A stretch of 43,715 nt of DNA from an uncultured Gammaproteobacteria bacterium (GTDB lineage: Bacteria > Patescibacteriota > Patescibacteriia > Buchananbacterales > GWA2-38-13). Location of the stretch: positions 1 to 43,715 of the forward strand of contig CAYJWS010000003.1 of assembly GCA_964373925.1 (NCBI GenBank), written 5' to 3'. The notes under the pieces were generated by a model. That model was not told the DNA's origin and did no database searches. It worked only from the letters and a program-made list of their open reading frames with translations. Both the position numbers and the translations under genes were made by a program. The stretch's first letter is position 1; every line of letters begins with the position of its first letter. Positions 27,086 through 34,318 of the stretch are shown here, piece by piece.

Positions 27086-29058
27086 TAAATAGATTTTATA
27101 AATATTGGCCGTGAGAGTATTGACTCATGTGTAATAGAGTTTTTTATTGAAAGATCTGAATCAAGATATACTCCGCCTTCGTCTATTGTAATAACCTCAA
27201 GATACATATCCAATTTTAAAGGCGTGTATTTTTCGGGAATATGCGGCCAATAATTTGTCTGAATAGTTGTATTCTCCTGCCAATCGCTTGTTGGATACAC
27301 GCCAGAACCCAATGGATATATTTTTTCATATATTCTTTCTTTTTCTTCATTTGTGAAAAAGATTTTAATAAAATAGTTGTAATAAATATCTTGTTTTGTT
27401 TTCCAGTATAACTGTATCGGAACCATTTGATTTTTTATCTCGCCAATATTAAATCCCAAAAAATTTAAATCATCACCAATATCCGTGAACCGCTCGGCAT
27501 CAATATTTTTTGGAGAATTTTCTATAATTTCGTAAAGCTTGATTTGTGTGTTTTCATTTTTTGAAAAAAGCACAATATCATCCAAAACGTCGGTGGCAAC
27601 AAAGCCATCCTGTTCTATTCTTTGGCGCACCCTTGAACTGCCGGATGCGAAGGTATTTTTATACAGGGGGCTGTCTCTATATTGTATTTCATAGGTTACG
27701 AAATCCGAGAGATTCATAAGAAGGTATTCGGTGTCAGAAGGAAGTATATATTCTTTTTTTCCAAATTGCTCGGTTCCAATGAAAAAGTAGTTAAAACCGT
27801 ACACGCGCTCTCTTCCGGAAACCGAAGAAAGCATATCGTAGGATACCGCCACCGCTGCATCGACGGGAATTTTTTTTATAAGCAATGTCTTATAAGAATT
27901 CATTTTTTTGTCCATTCCAAAAATATCTTTTTGAACAGTTCCAATTACAGGGCCCAGTGTGAGCGAGCTGTATACAACGGCGACAATAAGAATAATTTGC
28001 CCTAAACGTTCTTTGAAAAATATTTTTATAAGCGGATTTTTCGGCTGCATTGTTTGAAGCGCCTTAAGTGAGGCGATAAAAGCTAAAAACAGAGAAGGCA
28101 AAAATAGGGCGGAGTATTGGGTCTTCAAGACAAGTCCGCTAGGTCCCGCGGAGCCTAAAAGAATCTGCGCGTATGGCAGGAGCGATAATAACAAATATCG
28201 GGGTCGTATCAAAGATATGAATGCAAAAGGCAAAAGAAGTCCCAAGACCATTTCAATGTTCCCTATGCTCAAAAGCCGAATAATAATTATCCATGGATGA
28301 AAAAAAAAGAATTTTATGGCCTCAAGCCAATTGTCTCCAAGCCATGAGTAGTATATAAAAAATTTATACCCTTCGTTTCCGTTAAAAAAGCTTATTATCT
28401 TTATTGAAAAGAAAAAATAGAGTACGGCAAGTATTGTTGGCGCGAAAATCCATATTTTCTTTTTTTTCTCAAGCAACGCGAGCGCGCCAAACATAAAAAC
28501 TATAAGCGATATGTCTTCGCGGATAACAAGCGCGAGAGAGGCAAAAAGAATAAATGCCCACAATCTATTTTTTTCAAAATAATAAAAAGCAAAAAAGAGA
28601 AAGACCAGCGCGAACGGCAAAAACGAAAATTCAAACAGCATGAGGCTATGAACCATGGGGTTGAAGAGCCACGCGCACGATATGCAAAGAGAAATATTTT
28701 GAGAAAAACGATTTTTTACAATGAGATATATCGGCCAGACAGGAAGAGTAACGGCGATAATTTGTAGTACGAGAAGTGTTAGAGCGCTTTTTTTAATAAG
28801 ATAGAGCGGAAGAAGGATAAAGAGAATGGGGCTGAAATGATCTTTTAGATATGTCGGGGGATGAATGGTTGATTGAAAAAAGTTTCCAACGCTTGAGTTG
28901 TAAAAAACCTGATGAATAATGGCGAGGTCTAAGCCATTGTATTGAAAGTTATTGAACTTCGCTATCGCGAGAAAGCTAAAAAAAGCGGCAAAGACCGCTT
29001 GTATGGCAAAGAGAATTATGAGGGGGGTTGTTTTTGGATTTGATGGCAGGTGAAGCAT
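27085..29058 (-). CDS. DUF2079-like polytopic membrane protein (putative GT-C-like)
   Basis: NGLDLAIIHQVFYNS...LKDHFSPILFILLP matches the remembered DUF2079 N-terminal signature. Many TM segments and a roughly 270-aa soluble C-terminus. The first ATG is at 29058; the track start at 29073 is a TTG. Confidence 0.65.
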   Translation of the reverse strand: MLHLPSNPKTTPLIILFAIQAVFAAFFSFLAIAKFNNFQYNGLDLAIIHQVFYNSSVGNFFQSTIHPPTYLKDHFSPILFILLPLYLIKKSALTLLVLQIIAVTLPVWPIYLIVKNRFSQNISLCISCAWLFNPMVHSLMLFEFSFLPFALVFLFFAFYYFEKNRLWAFILFASLALVIREDISLIVFMFGALALLEKKKKIWIFAPTILAVLYFFFSIKIISFFNGNEGYKFFIYYSWLGDNWLEAIKFFFFHPWIIIIRLLSIGNIEMVLGLLLPFAFISLIRPRYLLLSLLPYAQILLGSAGPSGLVLKTQYSALFLPSLFLAFIASLKALQTMQPKNPLIKIFFKERLGQIILIVAVVYSSLTLGPVIGTVQKDIFGMDKKMNSYKTLLIKKIPVDAAVAVSYDMLSSVSGRERVYGFNYFFIGTEQFGKKEYILPSDTEYLLMNLSDFVTYEIQYRDSPLYKNTFASGSSRVRQRIEQDGFVATDVLDDIVLFSKNENTQIKLYEIIENSPKNIDAERFTDIGDDLNFLGFNIGEIKNQMVPIQLYWKTKQDIYYNYFIKIFFTNEEKERIYEKIYPLGSGVYPTSDWQENTTIQTNYWPHIPEKYTPLKLDMYLEVITIDEGGVYLDSDLSIKNSITHESILSRPIFIKSI

Positions 29059-29122
29059 ATGGCATGCAGGCAAAATAAAAACCAGTCTTTATGATGGTTT
29101 TATATTTCTTTTTATGTTTATA

Positions 29123-29578
29123 TTACGTAATGCCGTTAAAAAAAAGGCACCATCCCGAATACGAGCTCACGGCGCATGTAATGCTTAGGAGGACATATCT
29201 TGTAATCGCGTACGACGCAAAAATTATAACAATGCCGACTATGCCGTTTCGAAGTATTCCCTTCCCTTTATTCACCTGGTCTTCCTCTCCCTTCGCCATC
29301 ATCCAAGTATATCCACCGTACACGATAAGAATAAAAAATATAATAGTGAGAATCAGTATGAATATCCTAATAATTGTTGCGGCAATAATTCTAATGTCTT
29401 GCGGAACGCCTGTAGGATACCCAAACGCCTGTCCAACTGGTTTTATCATCTGAAACATACCGTCCCAGATGTTTCGCTCTGGAGCTTGTGCTACAACATG
29501 TTGCGTGGGTGATAAGAGTGCCAGGAGAAAAAAAATAAAAAATTGTATAAAAAATTTATAAACCTTACTTTTTTTCAT
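29123..29578 (-). CDS. VirB2/TrbC-like (T4SS-pilin-type) small membrane protein, paralog P1
   Basis: Signal peptide ending VVAQA, then two TM helices flanking the conserved loop GGYTWMMAKGEEDQVNKGKGILRNGIVGIVIIFASYAI. Confidence 0.75.
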   Translation of the reverse strand: MKKSKVYKFFIQFFIFFLLALLSPTQHVVAQAPERNIWDGMFQMIKPVGQAFGYPTGVPQDIRIIAATIIRIFILILTIIFFILIVYGGYTWMMAKGEEDQVNKGKGILRNGIVGIVIIFASYAITRYVLLSITCAVSSYSGWCLFFNGIT

Positions 29579-29642
29579 AGTAAATATTTATATTTCATTA
29601 TAAACATTATATCATACTTTTTCGATAAAAAAGTAATAACTA

Positions 29643-29671
29643 TTGACATAATAATAATTTTATGGTATATT
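29643..29671 (+). promoter_or_regulatory. Sigma70-type promoter of the lipoprotein gene
   Basis: TTGACA at 29643-29648, a 17-nt spacer ending in TGg (extended -10), and TATATT at 29666-29671. AGGAG Shine-Dalgarno at 29722-29726, 6 nt before the ATG at 29733. Confidence 0.55.
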
Positions 29672-29732
29672 TGAATATCGGATTGTTCTTTACTTTTTTA
29701 GCAACAAAAAGCCCATTTTTTAGGAGATTTTT

Positions 29733-30254
29733 ATGAAGGTCACAACGTTTTCTTGCTTTGTAATAATTGGTTGTGTTTTCTTGAATGGTTGCTACTACGC
29801 CCAGCTCTTTGACGGTAAGGCTCAATTTAGCGGTCAGGCAATTCCTGCCTCGGTTCTAGAGCTTGTGGAAGCGCAAAGGCTTCAGTCGTTCACACAAGAG
29901 CAGGTCGCGGCTCTTCATGAGCTACAGGAACCCCAGAAGCGATCCCGACAAGATGTCTATGAAGACGCGACGTTTATTCAGACGCTTATGGATGGGCGAT
30001 ATGCTTCTGGAACCATTTCAAACAGAATAAACGAAGGCATCACGCTTGATATTTTTGAGCAAGATGACGATGGCAATAAGAGTAGGTTCGTCCAGCGGCT
30101 CTATCTCGGTCCTCGCGAAAAGATTTCCTATTTGCTTGAAAATGGCAAGAAATACATTTTTGAGTATTGGGAAAAAAATTTCGTCCACCCCAAGACCTGG
30201 AAGTTTCAAAACCCAGCACAAAGAGGCTGGGTGTGCGCATACGCACCGGCGTAG
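29733..30254 (+). CDS. Hypothetical lipoprotein
   Basis: Signal peptide with lipobox-like FLNGC (MKVTTFSCFVIIGCVFLNGCYY). Has its own promoter, SD and terminator. Visibly GC-richer than its neighbours. No recognisable domain. Confidence 0.65.
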   Translation: MKVTTFSCFVIIGCVFLNGCYYAQLFDGKAQFSGQAIPASVLELVEAQRLQSFTQEQVAALHELQEPQKRSRQDVYEDATFIQTLMDGRYASGTISNRINEGITLDIFEQDDDGNKSRFVQRLYLGPREKISYLLENGKKYIFEYWEKNFVHPKTWKFQNPAQRGWVCAYAPA

Positions 30255-30268
30255 CGTAATACAAAAAA

Positions 30269-30305
30269 GCGTTCCGAACTTTCAGTCGGAACGCTTTTCT
30301 TTTTG
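30269..30305 (+). terminator. Rho-independent terminator of the lipoprotein gene
   Basis: gcgttccga (30269-30277), 8-nt loop, tcggaacgc (30286-30294), then ttttcttttt. Confidence 0.7.
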
Positions 30306-30337
30306 TATATAATTTGAGACTATAGAAAAAGTAAAAT

Positions 30338-30439
30338 TGTCATTCCCCCGAACGCTTTCGGGGGAATCCAGATTTTTCGCCGAAACTTGTGGATCCCCGC
30401 TGGAGTTTACCCTCATAAAAATGGGGGCGAGGATGACAA
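30338..30439. repeat. Composite palindromic repeat, copy C (three hairpins closed by TGTCAT(T)CC / GGATGACA)
   Basis: tgtcattcccccgaacgctttcgggggaatcca...tggatccccgctggagtttaccctcataaaaatgggggcgaggatgacaa. It is the inverted counterpart of copy F at 41173-41273. Confidence 0.85.
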
Positions 30440-30458
30440 CAGATAAACTATACTATAT

Positions 30459-30890
30459 TTATGGGCCAGTTGGCGTGCCTTGCCCGTTGGTGGATAGCCA
30501 GTAGAGCACAAAATAGGCGATGGCGTAGGATGATAGGGTTATAATAAGCCCTATGATAGAGTGCCTAATTATTCCTCGTGCTCTATCTATCTCATTATCG
30601 TTTCCTCTGGCCATCATCCACACATATCCTCCAAAGAAAATAAGTCCTAAAAATACTATGGCAAGCACCGAGAGAAATGCTTGAATGACGGTTGCGACAA
30701 GTCCTGGCAGAGAGATGGGTTGAAATCCGATTTTTCCTATGAAGCTGTTAACTTTATTGTTGATATTTGACCCCAGTTCTTCTTTAAAAACAGGATTTTG
30801 CTGGGCGCTGATTGCTATAATGTTCGCGAACAATACGGAAGAAACAATGGCGCCGTTTTGAATATATTTTTTTACGTTTTTTATTTTCAT
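30459..30890 (-). CDS. VirB2/TrbC-like pilin-type protein, paralog P2
   Basis: Signal peptide ending AISAQQ. Loop GGYVWMMARGNDNEIDRARGIIRHSIIGLIITLSSYAI. Confidence 0.75.
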   Translation of the reverse strand: MKIKNVKKYIQNGAIVSSVLFANIIAISAQQNPVFKEELGSNINNKVNSFIGKIGFQPISLPGLVATVIQAFLSVLAIVFLGLIFFGGYVWMMARGNDNEIDRARGIIRHSIIGLIITLSSYAIAYFVLYWLSTNGQGTPTGP

Positions 30891-30899
30891 AAATATTTT

Positions 30900-31295
30900 T
30901 TATGGAGCCTGCGGAGCGAAAAAGATGCTACTCACCAAGAGCCAAATACTATATGACGCCGTAAGCACCACAAGCCCGATAATAGCGTCTTTGATTATTT
31001 TTTTTGCCTTATCTACCTCATTATCGTTCCCCCTCGCCATCATCCACACATATCCGCCGTATATTATAAGAATAATAAAAAGTATTCCAAGAAACGATAC
31101 AATAGTAAAGACCACTGTTCCGAGTGTTTCCGTAAATATAGTGTCCGGGTCTACATCGGTATTAAATCCTGCGCCATCAGCTACGCCGTTGAGCAGGGGA
31201 TTATTATTTAATGGATTTGCGGCAAATATCACCGATGGCAAGAGGATAAACGCCAAAAGGGATAGAAAAGCGGTTATTTTTATTTTTTGTATCAT
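30900..31295 (-). CDS. VirB2/TrbC-like pilin-type protein, paralog P3
   Basis: Start set at the ATG at 31295 (MIQKIKITAFLSLLAFILLPSVIFAANP), 4 nt after the P4 stop, giving 131 aa. Loop GGYVWMMARGNDNEVDKAKKIIKDAIIGLVVLTASYSI. Confidence 0.75.
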   Translation of the reverse strand: MIQKIKITAFLSLLAFILLPSVIFAANPLNNNPLLNGVADGAGFNTDVDPDTIFTETLGTVVFTIVSFLGILFIILIIYGGYVWMMARGNDNEVDKAKKIIKDAIIGLVVLTASYSIWLLVSSIFFAPQAP

Positions 31296-31299
31296 ATAT

Positions 31300-31722
31300 T
31301 TATTCTTGGAAAAGTCCGGCGCCAGATATAAGTGTTCCGATAAGGCGCGTGAGCGCGTACGCCATGCCGACAATAACAACCCCAATAATAGAAGTTTTAA
31401 GAATTGCCTGCGCTTTTTCAACCTGGCTTTCATTTCCCTTGGCAGTCATCCAAAGAAATCCGGCATAGATAATGAGAATAATAAATATAACCCCAGTAAA
31501 TGCCAATGCAGAGCCGATAATTTGTCCGATAATCGTTCCCACCCTTTGTTGGGCGTCGTTTGGATCGGAGGTGTCAACGGGAACCATGCCAAGACCTTCC
31601 GCAATACGATGGAGCCTATTAAGCATCTTATCTTCTTCTTGCGCGTATGTTCTTCGCGCAAAAAATACGGTTGTTGCGGTTACGAGAATAGAGGAAGAAT
31701 AGTAATATATTTTTTTAAGCAT
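31300..31722 (-). CDS. VirB2/TrbC-like pilin-type protein, paralog P4
   Basis: Signal-like N-terminus ending TYAQEE. Loop AGFLWMTAKGNESQVEKAQAILKTSIIGVVIVGMAYAL. Confidence 0.72.
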   Translation of the reverse strand: MLKKIYYYSSSILVTATTVFFARRTYAQEEDKMLNRLHRIAEGLGMVPVDTSDPNDAQQRVGTIIGQIIGSALAFTGVIFIILIIYAGFLWMTAKGNESQVEKAQAILKTSIIGVVIVGMAYALTRLIGTLISGAGLFQE

Positions 31723-31726
31723 AGAA

Positions 31727-32092
31727 TTACGCGGACCTAATGAGTGTTACGATTAATACGGTAATAAGATATGACGTTAAGACTATTATTATGCCAATAG
31801 CGGAGCTGATAATAATCTTTTTTGCTTTATCCACCTTGCTGTCATTTCCCGCCGCTGTCATCCACATAATACCCCCCCATATCATGAGAATAAAGAATAC
31901 GACCGCCAAAAAACCAAAGAGTTTTTCAAGGATTTGCCCGATAAAAAATTCCGGATCATCATTATTGCTCACATCAAGCGCGAGCCACCCGATATTTTGT
32001 TTCATCTTGTCAATAAGGCTTTGTGTCTGCGCGAAAACAGATTGAGGCAGAAAAAGTGTGATAAAGGTAACGAGAGTGAGAATACTATACAT
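31727..32092 (-). CDS. VirB2/TrbC-like pilin-type protein, paralog P5
   Basis: Start set at the ATG at 32092 (MYSILTLVTFITLFLPQSVFAQTQ), giving 121 aa. Loop GGIMWMTAAGNDSKVDKAKKIIISSAIGIIIVLTSYLI. Confidence 0.75.
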   Translation of the reverse strand: MYSILTLVTFITLFLPQSVFAQTQSLIDKMKQNIGWLALDVSNNDDPEFFIGQILEKLFGFLAVVFFILMIWGGIMWMTAAGNDSKVDKAKKIIISSAIGIIIVLTSYLITVLIVTLIRSA

Positions 32093-32096
32093 AGTG

Positions 32097-32639
32097 CTAC
32101 GGCGCCTCGGGCGCAAAGCTGTTAAGAATAAAGAATGTGATAACTTGCGAGAGAAGTATTATGGTAATGCCAATAGCGGAGCTGATAATAATCTTTTTTG
32201 CCTTATCCACCTTGCTGTCGTTTCCCGCCGCCGTCATCCACATAATACCCCCCCAGATCATGAGAAGCAAAAACACAACCCCAAGAAGCGTGAGAAGGGT
32301 ATTGATATAAGATCCTATCTGCACAAAAACAAGCTTGCTCGCCAGTTCAGGCGAAAGATCGCCGCTCGGATTGATAAGCTCGGCTTTTGTTGCCGTGTCT
32401 TTTGCGCTGTTGAAAAATTTGGTTGAAAGTGATTTTTTGTCTTTGGTTTGCGCTGCCACGTTAAGTACAAATAAAAAATTATAAAGCGCAAACGATCCAA
32501 TGCCAAAAGCGATTTTTTTTAATCCGCCAGCTGGCGGACGAGTCATTGGTTTAATGAAGCGTAGCGAGCTTTGGAAAAAGAGTCTAAGGCGAGCTTTGGG
32601 GACTATACTTGTTTGATTTTTTAAAAAAAAGGATTTCAT
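32097..32639 (-). CDS. VirB2/TrbC-like pilin-type protein, paralog P6
   Basis: Loop GGIMWMTAAGNDSKVDKAKKIIISSAIGITIILLSQVI. The start is ambiguous: either the ATG at 32639 (ATGA overlap with the P7 stop) or the ATG at 32546. Confidence 0.7.
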   Translation of the reverse strand: MKSFFLKNQTSIVPKARLRLFFQSSLRFIKPMTRPPAGGLKKIAFGIGSFALYNFLFVLNVAAQTKDKKSLSTKFFNSAKDTATKAELINPSGDLSPELASKLVFVQIGSYINTLLTLLGVVFLLLMIWGGIMWMTAAGNDSKVDKAKKIIISSAIGITIILLSQVITFFILNSFAPEAP

Positions 32640-33025
32640 GGTTTTTCAAACTGGGATATTACGCCTCCAACAAGAGCTGTGATGGCGTATGAGAAAAATA
32701 CGATGGCAATGCCTATAAATGCGGCAACCAAAAGTCCTTTTGCTCGAGTTATCCTTTGATCATTTCCCGCCGCCGTCATCCACATGACTCCTCCGACAAT
32801 CATAAGAATAAGAAATACCGTTCCAAGAATACCCAGGCCATATCCAACAACGCTTCCGGCAAGGCTTGAGAGGTCGTCGGTGCGAATCCCCGCCTCTCCA
32901 GCGGTATCCTCAAGCCCAGTTTTATCCACGGTTAGAGGCTGGGGCTTTTCTTGCGCCAATACTCCAAGAGGAGCGATGAGTACGAATAGCAATGCTACAA
33001 TAATACTCAATTTTTGCATCTTCAT
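32636..33025 (-). CDS. VirB2/TrbC-like pilin-type protein, paralog P7
   Basis: Signal peptide ending GVLAQE. Loop GGVMWMTAAGNDQRITRAKGLLVAAFIGIAIVFFSYAI. Confidence 0.75.
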   Translation of the reverse strand: MKMQKLSIIVALLFVLIAPLGVLAQEKPQPLTVDKTGLEDTAGEAGIRTDDLSSLAGSVVGYGLGILGTVFLILMIVGGVMWMTAAGNDQRITRAKGLLVAAFIGIAIVFFSYAITALVGGVISQFEKP

Positions 33026-33157
33026 ATTTTTCGATATATATCTCTATGTATTATATCACTCAATACGCAGGGATAAAGAGCGAAAGATTCTATATAAGGG
33101 AGACCTTATCAGCTAAAGTCTCCCCTATAATCAGTCGAGCTGAAGTAATGCAAATCT

Positions 33158-33529
33158 TTATGTTCCGGTTACGTTTACCAATGATCGTACAACGAATGTT
33201 GCTATGGCGTACGATGTAAATATAACTGCCATGCCAACGATTCCCGCGATAATAAGTTTTTTGGCTTCTGCGATTTTGTCTTCGTTTCCTCCGGCTGTCA
33301 TCCATTTGAAGCCTCCAGCCAGCACTATAATAATTGCGATAATGCTTAAGAATCCCAAAATAACATTGATAACCAAGAAAATAACCTCTCTAATATCTCG
33401 TGTTCCAAGTCCTGTAAATGTTCCATAGTTCAATCCTGTATTTACCTGTTCTGCTAAGTTAACTGCTAATGCCGGCAATGCGGCAAACATACTGCCCACT
33501 GCTGTTATACCAGCTGCAATTTTTTTCAT
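33158..33529 (-). CDS. VirB2/TrbC-like pilin-type protein, paralog P8
   Basis: Signal peptide ending ALPALA. Loop GGFKWMTAGGNEDKIAEAKKLIIAGIVGMAVIFTSYAI. Strong SD (GGGAGGTG) upstream of the ATG and its own 153-nt upstream spacer. Confidence 0.75.
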   Translation of the reverse strand: MKKIAAGITAVGSMFAALPALAVNLAEQVNTGLNYGTFTGLGTRDIREVIFLVINVILGFLSIIAIIIVLAGGFKWMTAGGNEDKIAEAKKLIIAGIVGMAVIFTSYAIATFVVRSLVNVTGT

Positions 33530-33682
33530 TGTTTTTCACCTCCCTTCGTTTATGATCTTAGATTTAAAATTTCAGCCAAAGGTAGATTTGCCTCGGTCTG
33601 AAGTCTTAAGTCTTTATCTGATTTAATTATAATAATTTTAAGCGCCTACGTCAATGTTGATATCTTTTTATTGCATTTTCTC

Positions 33683-34309
33683 TTATTTTGGCGCTTTTGG
33701 CGGTATTGTAATATCTTCACCTTGGAAGATTTTTGCATTTTTTCCAATATCTCCTTTTCCTCCGGTGAGCGTTAGAACTAAAAAATTAATGATAATCCAC
33801 GAGGTAAAAAGTATTATCATGCCAACGGTTGCGTTTGAGAGAATGGTTTTACCCTTATTTACGCGGTCCGAGTGTCCTGCAGATATCATAAACATCACGC
33901 CTCCATACACAAACATGATAAGCGCCGCGCTTCCTACTACGCCAAACATTATGCGGGTGATATTTACCAAGGTCAGTATTATTTCATTTATGCCGCAGTC
34001 TGTTTTTGTGGCCTGCCTTCCTTCCCGGCAGCCGGAAGGTATAAGTTCTTGTCCGCTTAGGACTTTTGTCACCCAGGATTGTTTTGTTTGATTTAGTTCA
34101 TCCGGATTTTTTTCAAGATCGGAGCAAGACTGCGCGGTGCCGACAGCCAGCATATCAGCCGGGCACGAAGGATCGGGATTGTCAAAGCATCGGCTATAGT
34201 CTATCGCGCAGCAGCAATTGGCGGCACGAGAGGCGCTTGGGAAAAATAAGAACGCGAGAATAAAAACTGTTATGCATGCAAAAAATATCTTTTTTATGAT
34301 TATGTTCAT
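33683..34309 (-). CDS. VirB2/TrbC-like pilin-type protein with a Cys-rich N-terminal ectodomain, paralog P9
   Basis: Signal peptide ending SASRAAN, followed by a roughly 85-aa region with 8 Cys (NCCCAIDYSRCFDNPDPSCPADM...SCSD...GCREG...DCG). Divergent loop GGVMFMISAGHSDRVNKGKTILSNATVGMIILFTSWII. Confidence 0.65.
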   Translation of the reverse strand: MNIIIKKIFFACITVFILAFLFFPSASRAANCCCAIDYSRCFDNPDPSCPADMLAVGTAQSCSDLEKNPDELNQTKQSWVTKVLSGQELIPSGCREGRQATKTDCGINEIILTLVNITRIMFGVVGSAALIMFVYGGVMFMISAGHSDRVNKGKTILSNATVGMIILFTSWIIINFLVLTLTGGKGDIGKNAKIFQGEDITIPPKAPK

Positions 34310-34318
34310 GATAAATAA

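Noticed and set aside
30925-31740. 271-aa plus-strand ORF spanning pilin genes P3 and P4. Similar antisense ORFs occur at 29091-29453, 31740-32045, 32784-33116, 33204-33428 and 33654-34091.
   Set aside because: These are shadow ORFs on the strand opposite the pilin genes. They cross gene boundaries and have no SD or promoter. Their recurring PPY/IIH-type motif is simply the reverse-strand reading of the conserved WMxAxGN codons.
29123-34309. Calling the locus a complete type IV secretion or conjugation system.
   Set aside because: Only pilin-type subunits are present. No VirB4, VirB6, VirB8-11, VirD4, relaxase or oriT-like feature occurs in the window, so only the subunit family can be claimed.
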